Assembly (NCBI GenBank): GCA_041661545.1 | Contig: JBAZUH010000001.1 | Location: forward strand, 211,877 to 275,876 | Origin: Candidatus Staskawiczbacteria bacterium | Lineage (GTDB): Bacteria > Patescibacteriota > Minisyncoccia > Minisyncoccales > Staskawiczbacteraceae | Reading direction: 5' to 3' | DNA length: 64,000 nt | Part shown: positions 36,068 through 45,423 of the stretch, one piece after another | Layout: every line of letters begins with the position of its first letter | Numbering within the stretch: position 1 is the stretch's first letter | Position numbers and translations under genes: made by a program | The notes under the pieces: generated by a model | What the model was told of the DNA's origin: nothing | Databases searched by the model: none | The model's input: only the letters and a program-made list of their open reading frames with translations

Positions 36068-36912
36068 ATTATCCTCTAGAAACCTAGAGTTGATGTTCCC
36101 ACCGTACGAGCGGATTTCCCGCATACGGCGAGCTCTAATGCATTTTTTGTTTAATAAGATATAATCTTTTTAAACCAGAACTTGTCAAATGTTCTTTTTT
36201 CTTAATCCTTTTCATTATTTCGCAAAAAATTTTAAAATCGTATGCTTTTGATTTTAAATTTAATTTATTGCGCTTAAAAAATGGAATAATAGTTTCTTCT
36301 AAATCATTTCTATTTGTTACTTCGTATCGGTAACAATTTTGATGGTTTAGCCGTGTATCTTTTTGAAAATACACGTTTCCGCATTCAAAATATTTTTTCA
36401 AATCATATAAAATATCTTTATCTTTTTCTATGAGTTTGATATAAAATCTTGGTTCGGCTTTAACTCTTCTTTCATTTTCTAATTTTTTTGCCGGATTTTT
36501 AATATAAACAGTGAAGCTTCCTTCACCATCTATTAATCCAACAATATAATTAGGATTAAGTGACTTGTTAGAGAGATTCCTTGGCATAATATACTATATT
36601 ATGTTTAATATGAATCAGCTGACTTCTGACGCAGCGTTAGTAGTTTCATTATACTACGTCAGATCTCCCCGGGTCAATATATTTTCTTTTCCTGACATCC
36701 TTAGCTAGGCGTTGTGGTATGTTCTTCACTATGCTCACCGCCGATCATAGCTCGAACGCCTATTTTTATGCTAGGGCTACCATTTGTCGCAAAACCCTCT
36801 GGCGTCTACCTCGCGGTAGTTCGCCTGTTTGTTGACTACTCTCTGTTGAGTCTTAACAACAGAGGAAAAGATTTTAACTTTTTAGAAAATATACCTGCCG
36901 GGCGCGTTTATT
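36068..36912 (-). mobile_element. intron/intervening sequence in 16S rRNA at about E. coli position 1399/1400
   Basis: Exon 1 ends ...GAATACGTTCCTGAGTCTTGTACTCAC and exon 2 resumes CGCCCGTCAAGCC. The insertion splits the universal 1392-1406 block and carries a homing-endonuclease ORF. Confidence 0.85.
36135..36587 (-). CDS. LAGLIDADG homing endonuclease (single-motif type)
   Basis: 150-aa ORF inside the 16S intron. YIVGLIDGEGSF is the LAGLIDADG motif. Confidence 0.85.
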   Translation of the reverse strand: MPRNLSNKSLNPNYIVGLIDGEGSFTVYIKNPAKKLENERRVKAEPRFYIKLIEKDKDILYDLKKYFECGNVYFQKDTRLNHQNCYRYEVTNRNDLEETIIPFFKRNKLNLKSKAYDFKIFCEIMKRIKKKEHLTSSGLKRLYLIKQKMH

Positions 36913-37381
36913 GTGAGTACAAGACTCAGGAACGTATTCATCGCCACGTAGCTGATTGGCGATTACTAGCGATTCCAGCTTCATGAGGGCGAGTTTCAGC
37001 CCTCAATCCGAACTGAGATAGGTTTTGGTGCGATTAATCTCCGCCTTACGGCATCGAAGCGCATTGTACCTACCATTGTACCACGTGTGCGGCCCAGGTC
37101 ATCAAAGGGCCATGCTGATTTGGCGTCATCCTCGCCTTCCTCCCAATTATCTCGGGCAGTCCCCCGTGACATTTAAAACACAGGGCAAGGGTTGCGTTCG
37201 TTACCCGAATTAACGGTACGTCTCAAGACACGAACTGACGACAACCATGCAGCACCTGTCTGCACGTCTTGCGAGGGCTCTACTTTCATAAAGCTTTCGT
37301 GCAGATTTCCAGACCTGGTAAGGTTCTTCGCTTGTTGTCGAATTAAGCCACATGGTCCACCGCTTGTGTGAGTCCCCGTCT

Positions 37382-37413
<32 letters not shown>

Positions 37414-38530
37414 TCCCAGGCGGGATACTTAACGCGTTAGCTTCGCCACATGAAGGGTCGACACTTCATATAGCCAGTATCCATCGTTTACAGCGTGGAC
37501 TACAAGGGTATCTAATCCTTTTTGCTCCCCACGCTTTCGTTCCTCAGTGTCAGGATTGTCCTAGTGAACTGCCTTCGCTTTTGGTGTTCCCGACAATATC
37601 AACGGATTTCACCCCTACTCTGTCGGTTCCGTTCACCCCTAACATCCTCTAGTTTAGCAGTATTGAAAGCATCTCAAAGGTTAAGCCGATGAGTTTTAAC
37701 TTTCAACTTACTATACCACCTACGAACCCTTTACGCCCAATAAATCCGGGTAACGCTCGAGGATTCTGTATTACCGCTCCTGCTGGCACAGAATTAGGAT
37801 CCCCTTATTCATATGGTACTGTCTGGCTTGCGCCTTCCTCCCATATAAAAGAACTTTACACCCCTAAGGGCTTCATCATTCACGTAACGTCGCTCCGTCA
37901 GGCTTTCGCCCATTGCGGAAGATTCTCGACTGCAGCCTCCCGTAGGAGTATGGCCCGTGTCGCAGTGCCATTCTTGGGGGTCGCGCTCTCACGCCCCCTA
38001 CCCGTCATAGACTTGGTGAGCTATTACCTCGCCAACAATCTGATAGGCCGTAGGCCATTCCCAAATCGGCTTGCGCCTTTACCCTTGCGGGATTATGGAG
38101 AATTACCCCGTCTTTCGACGAGCTGTGCTCCAATTTGGGGTATGTACCCACGTGTTACTAAGCCGTTCGCCGGTTGCTATTGCTAGCCCCCTTGACTTGC
38201 ATGCCGGTATCCACGTTACCAGCGTTCACCCTGAGCTAGGATCAAACTCTCAAATAAAACATTTGATGTTTGAATTTCTAGTTATAGAATAAACTACTAA
38301 TGTGTGTCCCGCCTTCACTTAAGTGAAGGCGTGGACTAATTCGAAACAACTTTAAAAAACTAATTTTTGATTAAACTTTAATTTAATCAAACCTTTTGGT
38401 TGTTTACTATTTACTTATTTGCTGATTTTAAAAATGGTTTTAAAATCATGCTCATTATTTTCCTTTCCAAAACTTTTTTTTCAAAAATTGTTGGTAGGTT
38501 TATTTTTCAATTTTCTTTCCGTTCTGAATT

Positions 38531-38564
38531 GACCCGCCTTCGCTCTTACGAGCTTCGGCGAGGC
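38531..38564 (+). repeat. GC-rich repeat in the 16S leader
   Basis: gacccgccttcgctcttacgagcttcggcgaggc is related to the F core cccgccttcgccaaggcttcggcgagg. Confidence 0.55.
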
Positions 38565-38718
38565 TAAGAAAAAACACCCGCAAAAATATTTAAGTTATTA
38601 AATACTTTTGCGGACGTTTTATATCTTTTGTATAAAAATTTACAAAAGTTTAAATTGTGGAATTAAATTATTTTTTTATTAATTTAATTAATACTATTAC
38701 TTACTGTCTACAAGGTAT

Positions 38719-38747
38719 ATTCTATTCTAAAATTAAATCCCTGTCAA
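38719..38747 (-). promoter_or_regulatory. candidate 16S rRNA promoter
   Basis: Minus strand TTGACA, 17 nt, TAGAAT, immediately downstream of tRNA-Thr. Confidence 0.5.
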
Positions 38748-38752
38748 GTATT

Positions 38753-38827
38753 TGGAGCCGGTGAAAGGATTCGAACCCTCGACCCACGCTTTACAAAAGC
38801 GTTGCTCTACCACTGAGCTACACCGGC
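38753..38827 (-). tRNA. tRNA-Thr (UGU), CCA encoded
   Basis: GCCGGTG acceptor stem, anticodon stem ACGCT/AGCGT with loop TTTGTAA, and T-loop TTCGAAT. Confidence 0.9.
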
Positions 38828-38831
38828 AAGA

Positions 38832-39122
38832 TTATTTCTTATTCTTCTGGCGGATTTTGTGCAAAAGATGGTCAACTCTTGTTTCAATTTTCAATGTCAT
38901 TACTTTTACCCAAGACAAAATTTTGTGTAAAAATACCTGCTTTTCAAAATAAACTACTGTTTCTTTTATTTTTGTTTCTATGTTTGATATAACTCTGTGT
39001 TTTTTTATACCAGTTGTGCCACTGTGTGGCAAAGAATTTAAGGCTGGCAATTTTCTAACAAGAATAAATATTACTACGCCAAAACTTAAAATAAAAATAA
39101 TTGAAATTATTAATTCTAGCAT
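38832..39122 (-). CDS. small membrane-anchored protein
   Basis: 96-aa ORF with an N-terminal TM helix and a basic tail. Confidence 0.5.
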   Translation of the reverse strand: MLELIISIIFILSFGVVIFILVRKLPALNSLPHSGTTGIKKHRVISNIETKIKETVVYFEKQVFLHKILSWVKVMTLKIETRVDHLLHKIRQKNKK

Positions 39123-39147
39123 AATGTTAAGTGTTAATTACGACCCC

Positions 39148-39732
39148 TTATATTTCAAACCTTGCAAACCTTTTAACTTCTATTTTTTCTCCTATTTTAG
39201 CAATTGCATCTTCTACTAAATTACCTATTTTTTTTGAGTCGTCTTTAATCCAGGTTTGTGACAATAAACAAACCTCTTCTTTGTATTTATTTAATTTACC
39301 TTCTATAATTTGAGCAACAATATTTGCTGGCTTTCCAGATTCTTTTACTTGTTCCTCATAAATTTTTGCTTCGGCTTCTAAAAGTTCTTCTGGAATATTG
39401 GCTTCTGAAACATATAATGGCTTCATGGCAGCTATTTGCAAACAAATTTCATGAGCTAATTCTTTAAATAAAGGATTTTTTGCAACAAAGTCTGATTCAC
39501 ATCTAATGTCTAACAACACTCCTGTTTTTGCATTAGAGTGCAAATATGTTTCAATTATTCCAGATTTTGCTTCTCTTGACTCTTTTTTTATTGAAACACT
39601 TTTGCCCCAAAGATTTAATAATTCTTTGGCTTTTTCTAAATTGCCATTAGATTCTTCTAGTGCTTTTTTTATTTGTGTAGGAGCAGATCCAGTTTCTTCT
39701 CTTAATTGCTTTATTTGATCTATTGTTGCCAT
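39148..39732 (-). CDS. tsf: translation elongation factor Ts (short form)
   Basis: 194-aa ORF with an N-terminal UBA-like IKQLREETGS...KKALEE, and rpsB-tsf synteny. Confidence 0.9.
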   Translation of the reverse strand: MATIDQIKQLREETGSAPTQIKKALEESNGNLEKAKELLNLWGKSVSIKKESREAKSGIIETYLHSNAKTGVLLDIRCESDFVAKNPLFKELAHEICLQIAAMKPLYVSEANIPEELLEAEAKIYEEQVKESGKPANIVAQIIEGKLNKYKEEVCLLSQTWIKDDSKKIGNLVEDAIAKIGEKIEVKRFARFEI

Positions 39733-39744
39733 TTTAATAAAATT

Positions 39745-40440
39745 TTATTTTGAATTAGTTGAATTCAAGATTACTTCTTTTACTTTATCTATTATATAAC
39801 GAACTGAAGAAATTGCATCATCATTAGCTGGAATTAAATAATCTGAAATATCTGGATTTACATTTGTATCAACTATTGAAACAATTTTAATGCCCTTTCT
39901 TTTTGCCTCTCTTGCGCAAGTAATATCTTTTTCTAGTCCAAAAATTACTACTGCTTCGGGCAATTTTGACATATTTCTTATGCCTTCAAATTTTATTTTT
40001 AGTTTGGCAGTTTCTCTATCAAAGTCTAATTGCTCTCTTTTGGTATATTTTGCTAATTCTCCAGTTTCTTTCTTTTTCTCTAAATCTTTAAAATAATTAA
40101 CTCTTTTTTGTATTGTGTCAAAATTAGTAAAAGTTCCACCAAGCCATCTTTCGGTAACATATGGAATGCCAAGCTCTGTGGCGGCTTCTTGTATTATGGC
40201 TTTTAATTGAATTTTTGTTCCTACAAAAATTATAGATTTTCCTTCGGAAACTATTTTAGATATAAATATAAGGGCCTTCTCTAATTCTTTAGAAGTTTTT
40301 TCTAAATCAAAAACATGAACATTATTTTTTACGTTTAAAACATACTGCTTCATTTTAGGGTGCAACCTGGCAACCCTATGTCCAAAGCCAACCCCGGCTT
40401 TTTCCATTTCTTCTATACTTAACTTAATATCTTTTGACAT
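39745..40440 (-). CDS. rpsB: 30S ribosomal protein S2
   Basis: 231-aa ORF with GVGFGH and FVGTK motifs. Confidence 0.95.
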   Translation of the reverse strand: MSKDIKLSIEEMEKAGVGFGHRVARLHPKMKQYVLNVKNNVHVFDLEKTSKELEKALIFISKIVSEGKSIIFVGTKIQLKAIIQEAATELGIPYVTERWLGGTFTNFDTIQKRVNYFKDLEKKKETGELAKYTKREQLDFDRETAKLKIKFEGIRNMSKLPEAVVIFGLEKDITCAREAKRKGIKIVSIVDTNVNPDISDYLIPANDDAISSVRYIIDKVKEVILNSTNSK

Positions 40441-40549
40441 TTATTTTTATTAGAAGTTATCATATAATTTCGAGCGGGTCCAAATATGAATCAAAGGAAA
40501 CACTAAAATTACACAAATGGCCTAATGACCACTTTACTTCATTATTAAA

Positions 40550-40801
40550 TTACTTTTTCTCTGCTTTCGCACGCGGATTCTTCACGCGTTTTACCACTGT
40601 TGATTTTTTAGAAGCTCTATCTTTAAACTTTTGAACTCTCCCTAATGTATCCATAACCTTTTCTTGTTTTGTATAAAATGGATGACACTTGGCACAAACT
40701 TCAGTTTCTATAAACTCTTTTGCTGAACCAACAGTAAAAACGTTGCCACATGCGCAACGTACATTTGCTTTATAATATTTTGGATGTATATCTACTTTCA
40801 T
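40550..40801 (-). CDS. rpmE: 50S ribosomal protein L31 (Cys-containing form, basic C-terminal extension)
   Basis: MKVDIHPKYY...CACG...CAKCHPFYTKQ. Confidence 0.9.
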   Translation of the reverse strand: MKVDIHPKYYKANVRCACGNVFTVGSAKEFIETEVCAKCHPFYTKQEKVMDTLGRVQKFKDRASKKSTVVKRVKNPRAKAEKK

Positions 40802-40866
40802 AGTATTAAATTAATTTTTGTATAAACATATATTACCAAATTTTTTCAAGAATAGCAAGGGTTAAT

Positions 40867-40888
40867 ACCTGCCTACCGGCAGGCAGGT
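40867..40888. repeat. GC-rich palindrome acctgcctaccggcaggcaggt
   Basis: Follows the cassette-8 terminator. Related to 1331-1353. Confidence 0.6.
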
Positions 40889-40938
40889 AAAAAAAAGACC
40901 CGCCAGCAACGCTTCTGCGTAGCTAATGCGGGCTGGCG
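40889..40938 (-). terminator. terminator of cassette 8
   Basis: cgccagc...gctggcg stem followed by a T8 run on the minus strand. Confidence 0.6.
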
Positions 40939-40965
40939 CGCTCATTGCAAGCGCCATGACATGAT

Positions 40966-41421
40966 TCAGCAATAGTGCTGACCTTCAAGAATGCGATACC
41001 CCCGACCCTCCTCAAAACGGACCGCCGCCAGCATTCTCTTTGCGTAAAGAGCAAACTCCTCATCACACAGTTCACCTGAATTATGCAATTGCCGGTAATG
41101 GTTCTTCGCCGCACCATCGTCGGCAGCAAGAAATCTACGAATTTTCTGTATCTGTTTTCCTCCTTCGCGCTGCCAGATGAAAAGTATATACCAATGTGGC
41201 CTTTGATCCACGCGTTCACATCTTAGCTTTGCGCGTTTATAGATATAACGCTTGATTATTTTATTGTTTCGCTTTAAAGTCGCGTGCTTTGGCTTCTTTT
41301 GCGAGATATAAAGTTTGAACAGATTCCTCGCTGCCCTATCTGACGAGCATTGAATCGTATGATAAAAAGAACAGCCATCGCGACGGCTACGATGTATACC
41401 ACTTATAATGTAGTGTTTCAT
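40966..41421 (-). CDS. two-domain small basic protein (type1-type2 fusion, cassette 8)
   Basis: 151-aa ORF. The N-terminal half is paralogous to 41455..41712 and the C-terminal half to 41943..42185 (HWYxLFxW...FLAxxDGAAK...FALYAxR...EGRGY...C). Confidence 0.55.
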   Translation of the reverse strand: MKHYIISGIHRSRRDGCSFYHTIQCSSDRAARNLFKLYISQKKPKHATLKRNNKIIKRYIYKRAKLRCERVDQRPHWYILFIWQREGGKQIQKIRRFLAADDGAAKNHYRQLHNSGELCDEEFALYAKRMLAAVRFEEGRGYRILEGQHYC

Positions 41422-41454
41422 AATAATTACCCTCTCTTTAGAATTGCAAGCGCC

Positions 41455-41712
41455 CTAAAGGGGGACACAACTCGCCATACTTCTTATCTCAGCATCTTCT
41501 TCTCGTCGGCGTTGTCTTTCTTTTCTGCTGACGTAATTCCTAACTCTCCTATCATCTCGCCATGCCGTAACAAACGCCGGCCTATCAAGGCGGATGAAAG
41601 ATCTCAAGTATCTCAACGCTAATTCATCGGATTTAAATTCAATTTCATCGCAAATATCACAGTTGTTTTGATGGGCACCATGTCGGCCCCTTATCATGTA
41701 TTGGCGTTTCAT
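41455..41712 (-). CDS. small basic protein, type 1 (cassette 8)
   Basis: 85-aa ORF with AAGGAG 13 nt upstream. The N-terminus MKRQYMIRGRHG aligns with MKHYIISGIHR of the fusion protein. Confidence 0.5.
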   Translation of the reverse strand: MKRQYMIRGRHGAHQNNCDICDEIEFKSDELALRYLRSFIRLDRPAFVTAWRDDRRVRNYVSRKERQRRREEDAEIRSMASCVPL

Positions 41713-41787
41713 AATTGTTCTTCGCTCCTTGTTTTGTAAAGGTTCTGATTGATGTTTTGGGCAACTCTTATGAGCATTGCCGATTTA

Positions 41788-41816
41788 TTCTTACCACAAG
41801 CTATTTTCAAAGTCAA
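41788..41816 (-). promoter_or_regulatory. duplicated promoter unit, copy 1 (cassette 8)
   Basis: Minus strand TTGACT, 17 nt, TAAGAA. The surrounding ~35 nt are nearly identical to 42311-42350. Confidence 0.45.
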
Positions 41817-41942
41817 AAAGCTTAACTAACATATCTCTGTAAAGCTAGTTCACATTTCAAGCGATAGCGTAAAATATGAACCTATATATTTATGGGAGAT
41901 TTTGTAGAAAAAAAGAGACGCGAACTTTCGTAAGCGCCATAT

Positions 41943-42185
41943 TCAACAACCATAGACACCATCCCAGATGAGATACCCGCGCCCCTCCTTAAATTTGGTT
42001 ACTGGCAACCGTCTGCGTGCATAGAGAGCAAAATCCTGACCAGGCACTAAACCATTCTTCTGCAACCGCCGACAATAGCGTTTCGCTGCACCATCATTGA
42101 CGGCAAGAAATTTACGAATTATCTCCACCCGTTTTCTTTTAATCCAATGCCAGGTGAACAGTGCATACCAGTGTCTTCTTTTCAT
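41943..42185 (-). CDS. small basic protein, type 2 (cassette 8)
   Basis: Start taken at MKRRHWYALFTW (80 aa). Confidence 0.5.
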   Translation of the reverse strand: MKRRHWYALFTWHWIKRKRVEIIRKFLAVNDGAAKRYCRRLQKNGLVPGQDFALYARRRLPVTKFKEGRGYLIWDGVYGC

Positions 42186-42316
42186 TTTTGTAAAGGTTCT
42201 GGTTGCAACTCCCGCCCCCGGCTCTAACGGCATTGCAAGACTGACCTCACACCTTAGTTCCACCATTTTTCAATGGTTATTGGTGAGAGGGATACTCTCA
42301 CGAGAGTTGCAATTTA

Positions 42317-42345
42317 TTATTACCACAAGCTATTTTCAAAGTCAA
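42317..42345 (-). promoter_or_regulatory. duplicated promoter unit, copy 2 (cassette 8)
   Basis: Minus strand TTGACT, 17 nt, TAATAA. Confidence 0.45.
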
Positions 42346-42369
42346 AAAAATATGTTATTATTTTTGAAT

Positions 42370-43224
42370 ATGAACGATCAAATAGATTATTCTAAATTTA
42401 CTGCAGAAGACTGGAAAAACTACAAAGGTGAAGAAATTGAAAGCCCTTCGGCAAACTCGGGGCGACAATCTGCAATAATTGAAATACGTGCTGGCCAAGG
42501 CGGAGACGAGGCTGGTCTTTTTGGACGCGATTTATATAGAATGTATTCAAGATATGGGCAAACAAAAGGGTGGAAAGAAAGAATTTTAGACTCTAACAGC
42601 ACTTCTGTTGGTGGATATAAAGAAATGATTTTTGAATTGCAGGGTCCTGGCGCTTATGACGAGCTTCAAAATGAAGGTGGAGTTCACAGGGTTCAAAGAA
42701 TTCCAAAAACAGAAAAACAAGGCCGAGTTCACACTTCAACCGCCACTGTAGCTGTTTTATTAAAACCTAAAAAAACAGAAATAAATATAAACCCAGCAGA
42801 TTTGAGAATAGATACTTATCGTTCTTCGGGTGCCGGAGGACAATACGTTAATAAAACAGAATCTGCCATTAGAATAACACACATTCCAACAAATACAGTT
42901 GTTACCTGCCAAACAGAAAGAAACCAACAACAAAATAAAGAGCAGGCTATGTCGGTTTTAGCGGCAAGAATTTTACAAAAACAAGAAGAATCTGATTTAT
43001 CAAGTTTATCGGCAGAAAGACGAGAACAAATTGGCTGGGCCAAACGTTCTGAAAAAATAAGAACTTATAATTATCCTCAAAATAGAATTACAGACCATAG
43101 AATAAACAAATCTTGGCATAATTTAGAAAGTATAGTTGATGGAAATTTAGAACCTGTTATTAAAGCTTTTAACAAACCCCATCATTCAGAAGCCAACATT
43201 GAGCTCGAAAAAGTAGAAGAATAA
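42370..43224 (+). CDS. prfA: class I peptide chain release factor, RF1-type (PxT), N-terminally short
   Basis: Start taken at MNDQ (ATG 42352 is an alternative). RIPKTEKQGRVHTS carries the PKT tripeptide, and SSGAGGQYVNKTES is the GGQ motif. The tracked ORF's upstream part reads through the cassette-8 promoter. Confidence 0.8.
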   Translation: MNDQIDYSKFTAEDWKNYKGEEIESPSANSGRQSAIIEIRAGQGGDEAGLFGRDLYRMYSRYGQTKGWKERILDSNSTSVGGYKEMIFELQGPGAYDELQNEGGVHRVQRIPKTEKQGRVHTSTATVAVLLKPKKTEININPADLRIDTYRSSGAGGQYVNKTESAIRITHIPTNTVVTCQTERNQQQNKEQAMSVLAARILQKQEESDLSSLSAERREQIGWAKRSEKIRTYNYPQNRITDHRINKSWHNLESIVDGNLEPVIKAFNKPHHSEANIELEKVEE

Positions 43225-43225
43225 A

Positions 43226-43254
43226 AACAAAAACCCCGCAATGCGGGGTTTTTT
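43226..43254. terminator. bidirectional intrinsic terminator
   Basis: aaaaccccgca-a-tgcggggtttttt. Confidence 0.8.
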
Positions 43255-43277
43255 AATTATCAATACCCTATTGTATT

Positions 43278-44687
43278 TTACCTTACGCCTATTAGTTTTT
43301 GACAGCTAGAGGTCATCGTGCCTACATCAATAAAGGTTTGGATACAGCTTGCTCTCGACATAACCTGCCTTGCATAAGAAGATGATCCACCGTAATACCT
43401 TGACGCAGCTGCACTTTCTGCTGAAGCTGTTTGAGCTGAAGCACCTAAATCAGCAAGATACATTCCCGCTGCCGTAAACGCATCTTTAATTTGCCATGGA
43501 TCTGCTGGTCTTCCAAGTACGGCTTTTAACCTTTCTGTAAATAAATTCCACGTTGATGGTATAAATTGCGCAGGGCCCATTGCTCCACCCCAGCCAGCAA
43601 CACCAACTATAGGGCAAGATACAGGCGTTTTATAAGGGTCTCTGCCTAAAGCTGCCGTAATACTTATAAAGGGCTGAACGTCTCTTGTGGGTTTCATTAC
43701 TTTTGCCATTATAGCTCCGCTTGATATTTTCTTACCAGCACCTGTAGTTGGATCTGTTAAATAACATTGACCAACGTTTTTACCAATTGATGACTCTTGG
43801 CTTATTTCGGCCAATAAGAATGCAGGCCTTATTCCAACTAAAGCTGCTGCTTGTTTGGCAACCTCTAAAGCTTCGCCAAAGGTTGGAGCTTTAGAAACAC
43901 CCACCACTTGAAAAAGCATTGCTTTTATTTTTGCTGATTTCGCTTCTGCTGCTTGCTTATCTTTTAATTGTTGTTGATATTGAGTTTCTGTAAGCTTTAA
44001 ATATTGGTCTTGTTCTTTTTTATTTTCTTCTTGTTGTTGTTTCTGCAGTGTTTGTAGTGCTATGGTTTTTTGCAACTGGTCAACGCTATCATTCATTTTT
44101 ACGTGTTGACCTTCTAAATATGTTTTTAAATTTTTTGTGTTATCTAACAGATTGCTAACTTGAGCATTAAGTTTGTCTAAATATGTTAAATTACTAAAAA
44201 AATCAGACAAATTGCCTTGCAATAAAATTACAAATTCTGGTTTTTTATCTTCTTTATAAACTGTACGCAATATGGCTTCAATTTGCTCTTCTGAGCTGGC
44301 TATTTTTGTGGTAGTTTTATTAATAGATTTTTCTGTTTCTGATATTTGCACATTTAAGCCTTGAACCATAATTTTACCCTGCTTTATATCGTTATTTAAG
44401 CTGGTAATTTTATTTTTCAATTTTGTAATTGCAGATTGTAGAGTATTTTTTTGAGCAGAGGTTTTAGTTAAATCTTGCGCTAATTGAGCAGATTGTTGAT
44501 CATAATAGTCGTTACATCTTTTTAAAAATGCTGTGCAGTCAGTAGCTGTCATATTTGGACATCCGGCGCTTGAAGCCAGAATAGAATCACATTGAGGTCC
44601 AATATCCTCTGCAAATGAAATAGCAGGGATAATTACTCCTAAAATAATAAAAAACAAAATTAAAAATTTATATTCTATAATTTTCAT
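43278..44687 (-). CDS. secreted coiled-coil protein with a C-terminal lytic transglycosylase (MltB/SLT_2-like) domain
   Basis: 469-aa ORF with a signal/TM N-terminus and a long coiled coil. LAEISQESS and GAMGPAQFIPSTW are transglycosylase-like. Confidence 0.65.
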   Translation of the reverse strand: MKIIEYKFLILFFIILGVIIPAISFAEDIGPQCDSILASSAGCPNMTATDCTAFLKRCNDYYDQQSAQLAQDLTKTSAQKNTLQSAITKLKNKITSLNNDIKQGKIMVQGLNVQISETEKSINKTTTKIASSEEQIEAILRTVYKEDKKPEFVILLQGNLSDFFSNLTYLDKLNAQVSNLLDNTKNLKTYLEGQHVKMNDSVDQLQKTIALQTLQKQQQEENKKEQDQYLKLTETQYQQQLKDKQAAEAKSAKIKAMLFQVVGVSKAPTFGEALEVAKQAAALVGIRPAFLLAEISQESSIGKNVGQCYLTDPTTGAGKKISSGAIMAKVMKPTRDVQPFISITAALGRDPYKTPVSCPIVGVAGWGGAMGPAQFIPSTWNLFTERLKAVLGRPADPWQIKDAFTAAGMYLADLGASAQTASAESAAASRYYGGSSSYARQVMSRASCIQTFIDVGTMTSSCQKLIGVR

Positions 44688-44762
44688 ATATTATATTATC
44701 TCTTTTTTTATAAAAAAAATCCAGCCTTTTTATTCACACAGCTGGATTTTTAATTTAATTTA

Positions 44763-45422
44763 TTATGCGGGAGTATCTTCAACTACATCTTCTACTTTCT
44801 TTTCTTTTTCTACCTTTTCTACATCTTCAACTTTTTCTTCAATTTCTTTTGCTAAGTCTTCTTCAACATTAGTTGGTGCAACCACAGAAACAACTATTTC
44901 TTCCGGTTTAACCAAAACTTTTATATTTTCTGGTAAAATTAAATCTTTTACTAATATACGATCTTCAAAAGTATTTAATCCATCAATAGAAACCTTAATA
45001 TCGTGAGGAAGATTTCCGGGCATTGCTTTAATTTCTAATTCATAAATATTTTGAACCAAAGTTCCTCCTAAATCTTTTACTGCCAAAGATGTTCCTTCTA
45101 TAATTAATGGCACTCCTACTTCTACTTCTTCTTTGGCAGATGTTTCAAAAAAATCAACGTGAATATATTTATCTGAAACCGCATCTTTTTGCAAATCATG
45201 AACCAAAACAAGCCTCTTTTCTTTTTCACCCTCAACATGCATTTCTATTAAAGAGCTTTCACCTGCTTCTTTTAAAACGCTTGTGAATTCTTTGTAATCA
45301 AGGTCTAATGAAGCATTTTCAATTCCATGACCATAAATCACGGCAGGAATTCTGCCGGAGTTTTTAAGGGCACTTGTTTTTCGGCCCATTTCTTGTCTAA
45401 TTTTTGCTGTTAATTTAATCAT
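44763..45422 (-). CDS. ctc: 50S ribosomal protein L25/general stress protein Ctc
   Basis: 219-aa ORF. The N-terminus GRIPAVIYGHG and a two-domain architecture with an acidic tail fit the family. Confidence 0.85.
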   Translation of the reverse strand: MIKLTAKIRQEMGRKTSALKNSGRIPAVIYGHGIENASLDLDYKEFTSVLKEAGESSLIEMHVEGEKEKRLVLVHDLQKDAVSDKYIHVDFFETSAKEEVEVGVPLIIEGTSLAVKDLGGTLVQNIYELEIKAMPGNLPHDIKVSIDGLNTFEDRILVKDLILPENIKVLVKPEEIVVSVVAPTNVEEDLAKEIEEKVEDVEKVEKEKKVEDVVEDTPA

Positions 45423-45423
45423 T

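Noticed and set aside
42097-42369. Long N-terminal extension of the release-factor ORF, and the possibility of a prfB-style programmed +1 frameshift
   Set aside because: The upstream in-frame sequence is the cassette-8 promoter/leader and the antisense of a cassette gene. The factor has an RF1-type PKT motif rather than SPF, and no CUU-UGA shift site is present.
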